Positions 1 to 9,649 of a stretch of 64,000 bases of DNA are shown here, one piece after another. Below the pieces are notes generated by a model that had not been told where the DNA came from, searched no databases, and saw nothing but the letters and a program-made list of their open reading frames with translations. This stretch comes from Lentisphaeria bacterium. GTDB lineage: Bacteria; Verrucomicrobiota; Lentisphaeria; JABSQK01; JAWLHB01. A program made the translations under genes and the position numbers. Location of the stretch: NCBI GenBank assembly GCA_041690595.1, contig JAWLHB010000027.1:35729-99728 (forward strand). Reading direction: 5' to 3'. Position 1 is the stretch's first letter; each line of letters begins with the position of its first letter.

Positions 1-273
1 TGAGGCCGGATACTGCTGCAGCGCTTCCGAGAAGGAGGCCCCTCCCTCGATCTTCTCCACGAGTTGGTCCAATACGCGCATTGCCAATGGGTCACGGGTC
101 TGACGCCGCAGTGTCCGCAGGGACTGCACGAGGGGCACTCCCGCTTCCAGGAGCGTAGCCAGTGAGCGGGTGAGTTCGGGCAAGTCCTTCCGTCGCACTC
201 GCGCCCGGCCGATCACCAGATTAAAACCGTGCCATGCCTGATCCTGCTTCTTTCGCTTCGGTACTGTCTTCAT
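1..273 (-). CDS. Type II secretion / type IV pilus platform protein (GspF/PilC family), N-terminal fragment; gene continues beyond window start
   Basis: Hand translation of minus strand from ATG at 273: MKTVPKRKKQDQAWHGFNLVIGRARVRRKDLPELTRSLATLLEAGVPLVQSLRTL...VEKIEGGASFSEALQQYP. This is the typical GspF/PilC N-domain motif. Not in the ORF track because it is truncated by the window edge. Confidence 0.6.
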   Translation of the reverse strand, partial: MKTVPKRKKQDQAWHGFNLVIGRARVRRKDLPELTRSLATLLEAGVPLVQSLRTLRRQTRDPLAMRVLDQLVEKIEGGASFSEALQQYPAS

Positions 274-465
274 GATACGCTCCTGCTTTCTGCCATAGAA
301 GACGTATCAGCTCCTGGAAATGCGCGCTCTCCGGAGAAAAAAGATTGGAAGTTTTTTCGTGGCGTCTGGTCTTGACACATCCATTTGGCATCTGTTAGCT
401 TACTGATATCCCCGGAGAGGAGGAGCTATCTCTCTTATCATTCACTCACTTGAAGAGGTTGTGCC

Positions 466-924
466 ATGGCTGCCACGACTTTGCCGGAAGGATTTCACAG
501 CGTCACCCCATATCTTACGATCAAAGGGGCGGCAGAAGCGATCGAGTTCTACAAGCGAGCATTCGGAGCGACTGAGATGTTTCGCATGCCGATGCCGGAC
601 GGGAGCCTTGCCCATGGAGAGATCATGATCATGGGCTCGCGCATCATGCTCTCGGATGGCTGCAGCGAGGGCCCGGCGAAGCCCCCCCGTGAGCTGGGCG
701 GCACCACCTGCGGTCTCTATGTTTATGTCGATGACGTCGACGCACTTTTCGAGCAGGCAACGGCCGCTGGGGCGAAGGTTGTCCAGCCGCCGACGGACCA
801 GTTCTATGGGGACCGGTCGGGCACTCTGGAAGATCCTTTCGGCCACCTCTGGTTCTTGGCAACGCACAAGGAAGATGTTTCCGCCGAAGAGGTGGAACGC
901 CGGGCCAAGGAGCTATTTGGCTGA
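466..924 (+). CDS. VOC-superfamily (glyoxalase/bleomycin-resistance-like, PhnB-type) protein
   Basis: 152 aa ORF with PhnB/VOC-like signature (HSVTPYLTIKG...AIEFYKRAFGA...HGEIMIG...GDRSGTLEDPFGHLWFLATH). RBS-like GGAGAGGAGG upstream. Confidence 0.8.
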   Translation: MAATTLPEGFHSVTPYLTIKGAAEAIEFYKRAFGATEMFRMPMPDGSLAHGEIMIMGSRIMLSDGCSEGPAKPPRELGGTTCGLYVYVDDVDALFEQATAAGAKVVQPPTDQFYGDRSGTLEDPFGHLWFLATHKEDVSAEEVERRAKELFG

Positions 925-944
925 CGCCGGAAGAGGCGTTAGAA

Positions 945-980
945 CTCTGGACGCGGCGCCACGTTGCGCCGCGTCCAGAG
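945..980. terminator. Perfect 15-bp inverted repeat CTCTGGACGCGGCGC-N6-GCGCCGCGTCCAGAG between convergent genes; followed by T-rich tract on plus strand
   Basis: Seen directly in sequence between the VOC stop (924) and the ydbL stop (989). Confidence 0.5.
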
Positions 981-988
981 AACGTGGC

Positions 989-1360
989 TTATTTCTTCTT
1001 CCACTCGCCTTCTTTGGTCTGTACCATGGTGCCGGAGCCGGCTTCCTGCTGAAAGAGCTTGGCGCCGCTCTGAGCCGCCTGTTCGAGGGACTGGTTGAAC
1101 TTAGCCGCGAAGGCGGTGTACATGCCCTTGCGGTCGGCATTTTCCTGATCGACGATTTTCTTTGCCTCGGCGTCGAGCTCCTTCAGCGCGGTCACATAGC
1201 CCTGATTGTTTTCGCCGGCCAGTTGCTGCTGGCGCAGCTGTTCGAGGTGGGGCCGGCGTTCCTTCATGCGCTGTCTGATCTCGGTGAGATCCTGAGCGTT
1301 GGCCAGGAAGGCTGTGGTAGCCGTGAAGAGGAAGATGAGAAAGAATCGAAGCATGGTCAT
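989..1360 (-). CDS. ydbL: YdbL-like periplasmic protein (DUF1318 family) with signal peptide
   Basis: 123 aa with N-terminal hydrophobic signal (FLIFLFTATTAFLANA). Small size and downstream position in a ydbH-ynbE-ydbL-ordered cluster as in E. coli. Confidence 0.55.
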   Translation of the reverse strand: MTMLRFFLIFLFTATTAFLANAQDLTEIRQRMKERRPHLEQLRQQQLAGENNQGYVTALKELDAEAKKIVDQENADRKGMYTAFAAKFNQSLEQAAQSGAKLFQQEAGSGTMVQTKEGEWKKK

Positions 1361-1393
1361 GGCTTATGGTCCTGTTGGTGATGGATAATGGGA

Positions 1394-1612
1394 TTAGCGG
1401 GCGTTGTTCAGAGGTCTCGGGGGAGGGGTGATTTCCTTTTCCTCGTCGAGGCTGTCGATGAAGTCGGCCATCTCGCGTTCCATCTGGATTCGCACGTTGA
1501 GGTTGATCTCGATGGGCTCGACCTTGTGTTCGGTGCGCAGACGCAGGCAGCCAGTCATGGCTATCGCGCCAGTGAGCAGGAAGAGCGTGGAAAGTGCATG
1601 TCGTCCATTCAT
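1394..1612 (-). CDS. ynbE: YnbE-like small lipoprotein
   Basis: 72-aa ORF (C-terminal part of track ORF 1394..2119): MNGRHALSTLFLLTGAIAMTGCLRL..., with a lipobox-like MTGC. Sits between the ydbH-like and ydbL-like genes. Confidence 0.55.
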   Translation of the reverse strand: MNGRHALSTLFLLTGAIAMTGCLRLRTEHKVEPIEINLNVRIQMEREMADFIDSLDEEKEITPPPRPLNNAR

Positions 1613-1671
1613 GAGGGCTTCCTTTTGGGGTGTCGGAGTTGGAGTATTTGACGCCACGGAGGCGTCTTTAT

Positions 1672-4600
1672 TCACTCCAGTGAGATGCCTTGTTCCTTCA
1701 GAAAAAGGCCGGTGTTGATGAGCTCGCGAATTGCGCCGGTGATTCGGGTGTTGAGGTGTATGGGGGGGAGATCGGGCTTGTCGGCGCTCTTGCCGTGCAT
1801 GCGCAGGTTGATGACGGCCTCCCGTCCGGGCTCGACCTCCATGTCCAGCCGCACGAAGTCGTAGTCGAGATTCTGGAGTGCCTGGCGGACCATGTTCATC
1901 CGTTGATCCTGAATGTTCATCTGGCTGAGGAGCGCCTCGGCATTGGTCAGCCGCACACTGCCGCGCGTGCTGGGAGGGGTGAAGAGGTAACCGCCCACCT
2001 GCATGAGCCGACCGTCCTGGAAGCGGAGCGGTATCTTGCCGTAGAGGAGGCCGGTTGCGGTCCCCTGGACCACCTGCTGGAGGGCGAAGAGCTGACTCAG
2101 CTCGAGCTGCTCCGCCCAAAGCTCGATCTCGAAATCCTGCATCTCGGGCCGTATGCGGGTGGCATACGAGCGCATGGTGCCTCCCAGCAGGTGTAGCATG
2201 GCGCTTTCGAGGAAGAAGACCCCGCTTGGTTCAAGCTGAAAGATGAGTTCACCGCCACCGGTCGGCAATCCGGCCAGCACCGATGGGCCGAAGGTCAGCC
2301 GCTGATGCGTCGGCGTCGCCAGCGGCCAGTAGTTGGCGATGCGCAGCTCTCCGGCCAGCTCGGTCACGCGCAGCTCGATCTCGGTGTTCTGCAGGTCGCC
2401 GTCGCGGATGCCGATGAGAGTCTCGCCCCCCAATCCCTCCGGCCCGAGGGTGACTTCGCCCTGGATCTGCATGGAGCCACGCAGCCGCATCGCGGAGAAG
2501 ACCGACGGGGCGACCATTTGCAGCAGCGGCTTGATCTGCGCCAGGTCCGCGATGGTCGAGGTAAAGGGAATGCTGGCCAGAAGCTCGCCGGCCGAGAACC
2601 ATAGACGCGACGTCACTTCCACCCGCAGTTCTGTAGTCGGCAAGGTGACGACTCCCGACATCGCGACCTCCTGCCCCCGGGGGCGAAGAGCAAGCTCGAG
2701 CGGCTCCAGCTTCATTCCCTGAAAGGTGGCGCCGGCAACCCGCAGATGGCCCTCGGGTGCATCGTCGCCGAATCCCGCCTCTCCCTGCCAGCGCAAGGGC
2801 AGCGCAAGACTGATGCTCTCGATCTCGCCATTGGCCAGGGCGACACCGCCTTGCAGCTCCGCCGAGCCTTGGAGCTGAAGATTCTCCCGCAGCCATGGGC
2901 GATTCGAGAGGAGCTCCAGGCTCGCCGGATGGTAGCCGGCAAACAAGGGCACGCGCATCTGGTCGAGGAGGACTGTCGCACTAAAGCTGGAACTCGTGAT
3001 GGCTCCTGCCTGCACCTCGGCGAGTGTCAAGGCCATGCGCCCACTGAGATCGATCGCCTCCGGCGTTACGTGAAGTGTCAGGTTGGCGCCGCTTTCCGCG
3101 GAGACTCGCAGCTCCGGCAGCTCGCCGCGCAGCAACCGGGGAGCAAAGGCCAGATCGATGCTTGCCGAAGAGGCTCGCCAGTCGGGCAAGGCGCCGCCAG
3201 GAGGTGCAGTCACGCTGCCGCTGAGGTTGAGTTCGATCGGGGCCGCGTCGTTGGACCACGCGAGCGGCGCTCCCATGGCGGTCAGCATGGCGGGCTCGGC
3301 GCTGAGGATGCCGCCGAACCGCGCACTCCATGGCTCCCCCGCCGCGGGAAGGGCCATGGTCAGCGTCAGGTGACTGACGGTGAACCCTTCGTATCCGACG
3401 AGCTTCAGCGCGGGCGAGTGCAAGGTGGCCTTCTGGCCATCGCCGGTGATGGCGACGGCGGCGTTCGTCAGCATTCCGGCCACGTTCAGCGAGCCGCCGG
3501 TGTCGATGCTCCACGACCGGGGGGCGCCGCTGCCGGAGAGGTGCGCCGCGCCGGTCAGGTCGACGGTCAGGAAGTCGGCGTCGTCCCTGGTAACTCGCAC
3601 CGGGGCGTGCAGGAGGTCGACCCGGATGGCATCGCCCGCCAGATCGAGGTTGGCGGCAACGCGCCACGCGTTGCCGCCAATGGTCATGCCGTCCTGACGC
3701 AGCTCGAACCGAGGCGCTTCGGCCCGCACGATCATCGGCGCGCCGTCCGGCGGCAAGGTGACCTCGATCCCGACGTCCTCCCAGTGCGCGTTGGCGTAGT
3801 GGCCCTGCAGCCCCGCGATGGTGGCGGTGTGCTGCTGAAGATGCAGGGCGCCCTGATGGAACTCCATGCTGCCTGCCACCGTGATGGTGGCGGCTGACGC
3901 CGTGACCTCGCCGGTTTTCCAGTGATTCTCCTCCAGCACGACGCGATGCTCGAGGCTGCCATCTTCGACGCCCCGCATGGTCGCCGCAAGGCGCAGGGTC
4001 GACTGATGCGCGCGCTGTCCGCTCTCAAGATCGATCGCGAAGAGCCGACCTCCGTGGATGTCGCCCTCCACAACGAGATCCGGGCCGAGCGGCTCCTCCA
4101 TGGAGGTCGCCCCCTGGACAGCGATGCCGGCGTAGCTGAATCGCCCCATCTCCCGGCCCTCATGGTCACGGGCGAAAAGGGTATGCTCCCGGCCGTCCAG
4201 TCGCAGGGAGATTGTCTGGCTCTCGGCGGTCCAGGCCGCTGACAGCTCGACGCTTTCGGCCTGCCAGCCCATGGTGGCGACCGACCAGCTTTCGGCCAGC
4301 TGGCCCAGTCCCGCCTCGGCAACCGGCGCCTGCAGATGCAACTGGTTGCCGGTCAGGGTGCCGGTGATCTCCAGCGGCTGGTCATGCGCGCTGCGTGCCC
4401 GCATGCTTCCGCTAAGTCGTCCGTGCAGCCAGGTGAAGGGCAGCTCGCCCAGCGCTGGGCGCAGATCCGCCAGTTGCCATCTGTCGAAGGTGAGATCTAC
4501 TTCGAGCTTCTGCGGCTCGGTGGCGACTCGCGCCTGGACCTTGGCGCGATTGCCGTAAGGGGCCAGCTCCAGCGCGAGGCTGAAGTCGGCGCCCGATCCA

Positions 4601-5115
4601 AAGGTCACGATTCCAGAGAAGGGGACCGGGATCTCCTGCCCGGCGGCATGGAGGATGAAGTCGCTGTTGACTATGCGGAGTTCGCCGAAGGTCCAGCCGT
4701 CCTCGCCGCCATTGGACAGGAAGGTATCGAATCCGCGGATCTCCCATTCACCCATCTCCGTCTGACCAACGTGCAAGCGGGCCGCCTGCAGCTCGATCCA
4801 TTCGATGCGCTGCTTCCGGAGTCCCGCGCTGCTGTAGCGAACGACCACCCGCTCTGCGCTGATGCGACGGTCGCCATCGCCCAGTTGCAGCTTCCCGAGC
4901 ACGAGGGTGCGCGAGGTCACCGCCAGCACCTCGGCTTTCACGTCTGAAAAGCCCATATCCCGGAAGGTCCGCTCGGCCAGCGCGGTGCCAATCGACGGCG
5001 CCAGCCACTGCACCACCACGCCGATCGCCAGCACGACAATGATCACCAGCACCGCTGCCCACAGGAGCAGCCGCCGCATCCGCCCATGACCTTGCCTGTT
5101 TTTGGTTTCGCTCAT
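1672..5115 (-). CDS. ydbH: YdbH-like AsmA-family large envelope protein (putative inter-membrane lipid transport)
   Basis: 1167-aa track ORF. Probable start at MSETKNRQG (5115), followed by one N-terminal TM helix (LLLWAAVLVIIVVLAIGVVV), then long repetitive beta-rich sequence. Operon order ydbH-ynbE-ydbL. Alternative start 5175. Confidence 0.55.
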   Translation of the reverse strand: MSETKNRQGHGRMRRLLLWAAVLVIIVVLAIGVVVQWLAPSIGTALAERTFRDMGFSDVKAEVLAVTSRTLVLGKLQLGDGDRRISAERVVVRYSSAGLRKQRIEWIELQAARLHVGQTEMGEWEIRGFDTFLSNGGEDGWTFGELRIVNSDFILHAAGQEIPVPFSGIVTFGSGADFSLALELAPYGNRAKVQARVATEPQKLEVDLTFDRWQLADLRPALGELPFTWLHGRLSGSMRARSAHDQPLEITGTLTGNQLHLQAPVAEAGLGQLAESWSVATMGWQAESVELSAAWTAESQTISLRLDGREHTLFARDHEGREMGRFSYAGIAVQGATSMEEPLGPDLVVEGDIHGGRLFAIDLESGQRAHQSTLRLAATMRGVEDGSLEHRVVLEENHWKTGEVTASAATITVAGSMEFHQGALHLQQHTATIAGLQGHYANAHWEDVGIEVTLPPDGAPMIVRAEAPRFELRQDGMTIGGNAWRVAANLDLAGDAIRVDLLHAPVRVTRDDADFLTVDLTGAAHLSGSGAPRSWSIDTGGSLNVAGMLTNAAVAITGDGQKATLHSPALKLVGYEGFTVSHLTLTMALPAAGEPWSARFGGILSAEPAMLTAMGAPLAWSNDAAPIELNLSGSVTAPPGGALPDWRASSASIDLAFAPRLLRGELPELRVSAESGANLTLHVTPEAIDLSGRMALTLAEVQAGAITSSSFSATVLLDQMRVPLFAGYHPASLELLSNRPWLRENLQLQGSAELQGGVALANGEIESISLALPLRWQGEAGFGDDAPEGHLRVAGATFQGMKLEPLELALRPRGQEVAMSGVVTLPTTELRVEVTSRLWFSAGELLASIPFTSTIADLAQIKPLLQMVAPSVFSAMRLRGSMQIQGEVTLGPEGLGGETLIGIRDGDLQNTEIELRVTELAGELRIANYWPLATPTHQRLTFGPSVLAGLPTGGGELIFQLEPSGVFFLESAMLHLLGGTMRSYATRIRPEMQDFEIELWAEQLELSQLFALQQVVQGTATGLLYGKIPLRFQDGRLMQVGGYLFTPPSTRGSVRLTNAEALLSQMNIQDQRMNMVRQALQNLDYDFVRLDMEVEPGREAVINLRMHGKSADKPDLPPIHLNTRITGAIRELINTGLFLKEQGISLE

Positions 5116-5225
5116 GCACATAAAATAGTCGCACAAGAGCACGGGAGCGATAGGCACCCGTGAATATCTGCCCATGGCTGCATTCCGGGCGGAAGCAGAT
5201 TAACCCCAGCTCTCCACATGCCGCC

Positions 5226-7343
5226 ATGTTGACAGTGACGCGCCACGCCGCTATCCTTTTCCGCGGTACGTGCCCGTGGCCTTTCTGCCCATCACCCCAG
5301 CCTGGAGTCTTCCTCTTGCGCCTTTCATTCCTCTCCGCCGGCCTCCTCACTTTCATCTTCTTCATGGTCTGTTCCACCATGTCCGCACAACAGAAGCTTG
5401 CCGATTTTGCCCGCGTGGTTGTGGCCGAAGATGCGTTGCCGGTCACCCGCGATGCCGCCGAAGAGCTTTCGCACTACGCCAGCCGGATAGCCGGGCGGGA
5501 GATTCCCCTCGTGATGTGGTCGGATGGCGTACTGGAACAGGCTGGGCTGAGCTTCTTTGTCGGAGCCGGTGTGGCCGATGCCGTGCTGGGCGCGCCCCAG
5601 GGACCCTGGCTGATGGAAGAGTTCATGCTGCGCACGGTGCCGCGGGGGGTGATCCTGGCGGGGGATGACGCGGCGGGCAAAGCGGTGTCGGGCAATGTGG
5701 CTGGGGGCAGTCGGCTCGCTGTCTACACGCTGCTCGACGATCATCTGGGGGTACGCTGGTTCTTTCCGGGGGAGTTGGGCGAGCACGTTCCATCCGCGGC
5801 CGATGCGGTCATCCCGCCGCTCGATCAGCGCCGGCAGCCTCCCTTCATGATCCGCAATTTTTCCATCGGTTATACCTCGTACCATACTCCCGCCTTTCGC
5901 GATGCTTCGAACCGCTGGGGGCGACGGATTCGCAACGCGTGGGTGCCCCCCGCCGTCTTTGGTCACAGCTGGTTCTACGCCTTCGATCTACGCAAGCCTC
6001 CGGAAGAGAACCCCTTCTTCCAGGAGCACCCCGAATGGTTCGCCCTCGTCAACGGCAAGCGCCAGCCACCGCAGATTTGTACCTCCAATCCAGAAGTCCT
6101 CGACCACATGGTGCAATACGTCCTCGGCGACACCAAACGGGCCATCACCTCCATATCTCCCAGCGATGGCGGCGGCTTCTGCCAGTGCGATGAAGAGAGC
6201 AAGTCCGAGGCGCACAAGCGCCTTGGCGCTCCCAGTTGCACGGCGCTGGATGTCCCCGGCATTCTCAGCTACGACGGCAAGACGGTGCAGCTCAGCGACC
6301 GCATCTTCACCTATGCCAACGAGATCGCCCGCCGCGTCCGCGAGAAGGATCCCGCCAAAGGTGTCGGGATCTTTGCCTACACCTTCTACAACCGCCCGCC
6401 CGTCAACATTGACCGGCTCGAACCCAACCTCTACCTCTCCTTCGTCTTCCAGGCCCAGGCGCACCTCGACCCGATCGCCCGTGAGCAGTGGCTCGAATCC
6501 ATAGCCGGCTGGCAGAAGGTGGGCGCCAGGATGGTCGTCCGCGAAGGGTGGGGTAATCATTACCTCCTCGATCTCCCCTTCATCCACGACCGCCAGATCC
6601 ACGACTCGCTGCAAACTGCCGCCCGCCTCGGCTTTATCGCCGCCTACGGCGAAGGGGGCAAGTGCTTCGCCACCCAGGCTCCGAATGCCTGGGCCGCTGT
6701 CCGCACCATGTGGGATCCGACCATCGACTATGAGGCGATGATGGAGGACTTCTACACCAAGGCCTATGGCTCCGCCGCCGAACCCATGCGTCGATACTTC
6801 GACACCTACGCCTCCAAGCTTCAGGCGAACTGGCCGAATCGCCGCTTCGTTATGGATACGCGCGGCGTCGCCTACGTCAACCTCGTGAACTCGTGGCACC
6901 TCCTCTTTCCGGCCGAGGTCGTCGAGGCAGCCGAGGCGCATCTTCGCGAGGCGGAGCAGCTTGCACCGGAAGGTGAATATGCAGGCCGCGTCGCCCTCCA
7001 TCGCGTCGGCCAGGACTACACCCGCTGCATGCTCGAGCTCCTGGACTGCTATCGTCAGCTTGCCGAGCTTGGCGTGGAGATGGAGTTCTTTTCCACTGCC
7101 GTGACAGAACCCCGCGACGAGCCCGAGCTTCGTCAGCGACTTCTTGAGCGGGCCCTCATCCTTGGGGAGCAGCGCGAAGATATCCTCCTCGCCAACCGCG
7201 AGGTGCCTGCTCCGGACGAAGGGCTCTACGCCATCACCAACGACCGCGGCATGCGCCAATGGCACCAGAAGGTGAAGAGCCTCCTCAACGACACCACTCC
7301 CACACGCATCACCAAAGCCCTCCTGGCGGAGCCGGAGAAGTAA
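5226..7343 (+). CDS. Secreted DUF4838-family protein (glycoside-hydrolase-like)
   Basis: Track ORF 5160..7343. Signal peptide (LSAGLLTFIFFMVCSTMSA|QQ). Motif GSRLAVYTLLDDHLGVRWFFPGELGEHVP is typical of DUF4838. Start ambiguous (GTG 5160 or ATG 5226). Confidence 0.5.
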   Translation: MLTVTRHAAILFRGTCPWPFCPSPQPGVFLLRLSFLSAGLLTFIFFMVCSTMSAQQKLADFARVVVAEDALPVTRDAAEELSHYASRIAGREIPLVMWSDGVLEQAGLSFFVGAGVADAVLGAPQGPWLMEEFMLRTVPRGVILAGDDAAGKAVSGNVAGGSRLAVYTLLDDHLGVRWFFPGELGEHVPSAADAVIPPLDQRRQPPFMIRNFSIGYTSYHTPAFRDASNRWGRRIRNAWVPPAVFGHSWFYAFDLRKPPEENPFFQEHPEWFALVNGKRQPPQICTSNPEVLDHMVQYVLGDTKRAITSISPSDGGGFCQCDEESKSEAHKRLGAPSCTALDVPGILSYDGKTVQLSDRIFTYANEIARRVREKDPAKGVGIFAYTFYNRPPVNIDRLEPNLYLSFVFQAQAHLDPIAREQWLESIAGWQKVGARMVVREGWGNHYLLDLPFIHDRQIHDSLQTAARLGFIAAYGEGGKCFATQAPNAWAAVRTMWDPTIDYEAMMEDFYTKAYGSAAEPMRRYFDTYASKLQANWPNRRFVMDTRGVAYVNLVNSWHLLFPAEVVEAAEAHLREAEQLAPEGEYAGRVALHRVGQDYTRCMLELLDCYRQLAELGVEMEFFSTAVTEPRDEPELRQRLLERALILGEQREDILLANREVPAPDEGLYAITNDRGMRQWHQKVKSLLNDTTPTRITKALLAEPEK

Positions 7344-7413
7344 GGGCGGCAGGCGACAATGGGTGGGAAGAATGGGAAGATCCTCACTGACGGAACCGCT
7401 AAGGCAACTGTCT

Positions 7414-7476
7414 GACTCGTCTGACTTGTCCGACTCGTCTGACTTGTCCGACTCGTCTGACTCGTCTGACTTGTCT
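7414..7476. repeat. Tandem 9-nt repeat (GACTCGTCT / GACTTGTCC variants) x7 in convergent intergenic region
   Basis: Read directly: gactcgtct gacttgtcc gactcgtct gacttgtcc gactcgtct gactcgtct gacttgtct. Confidence 0.8.
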
Positions 7477-7489
7477 GACTGGGTATTCT

Positions 7490-9595
7490 TCAGCGGATTC
7501 GATAGACGCCCCAGGCGGGGAGCATGGTGGTGGCGGTGGCGCGGAGTTCGCGCACTGCGTGGCCATCGAGGACTTCGACCTGGACTCCTGCGGGAAGGTC
7601 CATCGTGACGTCGCTGAAGGTCCAGACCGTGCGGATGTCGCCGTCGTGCCAGACGATGCCGGCGCGGCTCGGCAGCGCCCGCCGGGTCTTCATGTGGGGG
7701 AGCGCCTGGTTCAGAATGTGGTTGAGCCGCGCCCACCAGTCGTATAGCCTGTGGTCGAGTCCATAGTCGTGCTCGTAGCAGAGATAACCGCCGGCGGCCA
7801 TCGATTGGAAGAGATACCGCTCCAACTCTTCCGGTGACCGCTTGCGGGCCTGACAGAAGAGGGTCAGCCCGGCGGTCATGGCGAGGTGGTCCACCCACCA
7901 GCCGAGATCATTCTGGCCGGCGACGGCCCGGTTCTGCTCCAAGAGGTCGCCGCGCAAGTCGGCCAGGCCGAAGCGGCTGGCCATCCAGGGCGAGATGCTC
8001 TCGCAGGAAAGGGAGTTGACGCCGAGGGCCTGGATACGCTCGAAGAGCCGTCCCAGCGGGGTGAAGTTGGTGCGCATGGCATAGGCATAGTTGGCCTGGG
8101 TGAGCCCCATGTTGGAGAGGCTGTCGGTGAAGATGTAGTCCAGCCCGCCCTCGGTCTTCCAACGCTTGAGATCGGCCAACACCCAATCCGCAATCGGCGT
8201 ATGCCAGTCCGCCACCACGAGGGTCTGGAAGCCGTAGCCGCCGCCGGCGGGCAGACCGGTGGCGCTGATCATGCGGTACTCGGGGTGTTCCGCGAAGATC
8301 GGTGCGCGCGGCGAAAAATGCGGGGCGAACCAGGCGCCGATCTCCATGCCCAGTGCGTGAGCCCTGTCGGCCATGGTTTTCCACGCCTCGATGCCACCCC
8401 AGAACTCCGACGGGAAAAATCGGTGGGTGGAGCAGACGCTTGAACAATGCAGGTCGCCATGTACGCCGGCGTCGAGCTTTCGCTTCATGCCGAGCACGGT
8501 CACGTCGCTCTCGCTCATGACTTCCGGCATGAAGCGTTTGATCCCCTGTGCCGCCAGTACGGGCAGCACCCGCTCGGCGATGGCATAGGGCACGTCCCTG
8601 CTGGCCACATCTTCGCCGGCGATACTCATCCGCAGGCGCCCATCAACCACCCGGGTGGTGTACTTCAACCCCATCTCCGGCACCGGGCGGGTCGGGGCGA
8701 TGTTGAACCTCCGGCCACTGAGGCCGTAGACGTATTCCTTCACCTCCAACCAGAGGTCGTGCATCTGATGCTCGGCCAGTGCGCCGGGCGCGAAGATGAC
8801 ATGCTTTTCCGGCGTGGTGACCGCGGCCGCCAGCGGAAAGCGGTATTCGTCCACGACATGCAGCAGGTCGCTTCCGCCGGGCGATTCGACCAGGCTGGAG
8901 ACGCTGTCCAACTCCGGCCAGTACTGGAGCAACGCCCCCTCTTTGGCGACTTGGAGGTCGAAGCCCTGAAGCAGTCCACCACGGGGGCCAAGCTGGAAGG
9001 AGTTGCCCTGCGGGGAACCGTACTGGTCGAGAGTCTTCAGGCAAGCGGTGGTAAAGACCGTCTCCCTGGCGCCGACGTATACCGGCATGTTGCACTGCCC
9101 CTGCGAGAGGACGGTGTTGCCGGTGATACGGCCGCCAATCTCCCAGGTTCCATGAACGAGAAGCCGGTGGATGCGGCGTGTTTCGCTACGGAATTCCCAC
9201 GCGTAAGAAAAGCCTTGCCACTCCCGCCCGCCCACGGCAAGCGTGGCGGGTTTGAGGATCAGAGCCAGATCATCCGCCACCGGTTCAGCGCTGTCGTCCA
9301 ACCAGACTGCCGCCTGATCATAGTCGTCGGCATACTCGCCGCGAGTCCAGCGGATGCCATGTGCCCGCAAGCGGACGCGCACGGTGCCATCGCCGTTGGT
9401 GTCGACCGCCAGCAGTTCAAGCCGCGGATAGAGAATGCCGTCCGGCGTATCCAGTCGCAGTTGCATAGGCCGCGCCTCACCGCGCAGTTGCACGCCGTTG
9501 ATCGCGACGCAACCGAGGCCGAGGAACTCGTCGTTGTCAGCGACGACAAGTTGCACCTTGCAGGCGGACGAGATTTCCACAAGACGATTCGTCAT
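7490..9595 (-). CDS. Cytoplasmic hypothetical protein, possible TIM-barrel glycoside hydrolase (family unresolved)
   Basis: 701-aa ORF, no signal peptide, codon usage consistent with the genome, located in a CAZyme cluster. No family-diagnostic motif recognised by eye. Confidence 0.4.
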   Translation of the reverse strand: MTNRLVEISSACKVQLVVADNDEFLGLGCVAINGVQLRGEARPMQLRLDTPDGILYPRLELLAVDTNGDGTVRVRLRAHGIRWTRGEYADDYDQAAVWLDDSAEPVADDLALILKPATLAVGGREWQGFSYAWEFRSETRRIHRLLVHGTWEIGGRITGNTVLSQGQCNMPVYVGARETVFTTACLKTLDQYGSPQGNSFQLGPRGGLLQGFDLQVAKEGALLQYWPELDSVSSLVESPGGSDLLHVVDEYRFPLAAAVTTPEKHVIFAPGALAEHQMHDLWLEVKEYVYGLSGRRFNIAPTRPVPEMGLKYTTRVVDGRLRMSIAGEDVASRDVPYAIAERVLPVLAAQGIKRFMPEVMSESDVTVLGMKRKLDAGVHGDLHCSSVCSTHRFFPSEFWGGIEAWKTMADRAHALGMEIGAWFAPHFSPRAPIFAEHPEYRMISATGLPAGGGYGFQTLVVADWHTPIADWVLADLKRWKTEGGLDYIFTDSLSNMGLTQANYAYAMRTNFTPLGRLFERIQALGVNSLSCESISPWMASRFGLADLRGDLLEQNRAVAGQNDLGWWVDHLAMTAGLTLFCQARKRSPEELERYLFQSMAAGGYLCYEHDYGLDHRLYDWWARLNHILNQALPHMKTRRALPSRAGIVWHDGDIRTVWTFSDVTMDLPAGVQVEVLDGHAVRELRATATTMLPAWGVYRIR

Positions 9596-9649
9596 GAACG
9601 CTTCCCTTCTTGCTTTGCTGGCTATTTGATTGTCGGTGCGCTTGCCGCG

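Noticed and set aside
275-465. Sigma-70-like TTGACA (372-377) and a TGGCAT-N..-AGCT sigma-54-like element upstream of the VOC gene
   Set aside because: -10 match is poor and the GG/GC spacing is off by one for sigma-54. Promoter consensus for this lineage is unknown, so not reported as a feature.
2249-4947. Several long ORFs (e.g. 2746..3897+, 2981..3667-, 3732..4322-, 4336..4947+) inside or antisense to the ydbH-like gene
   Set aside because: High-GC genomes yield long stop-free antisense or alternate frames. They overlap a much longer ORF with coherent features, and their proteins are Arg/Ala/Pro/Gly-rich low-complexity. Treated as spurious. The same reasoning was applied to 8447..9892+, 13175..14347-, 20031..21326+, 23115..24770+, 27100..29379+, 30458..32383+, 38299..39813-, 44537..46732+, 52980..54746-, 59312..60790+ and similar.
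7414-7476. Possible CRISPR array
   Set aside because: Repeat unit is only 9 nt, contiguous, without spacers. It is a microsatellite-like tandem repeat, not CRISPR. No other CRISPR-like repeat-spacer pattern was seen in the window.
5988-7898. 636-aa minus-strand ORF spanning the DUF4838 gene and the tandem repeat (translating it to SDESDKSD repeats)
   Set aside because: Antisense to a well-supported gene, low-complexity, crosses a convergent intergenic region. Spurious.
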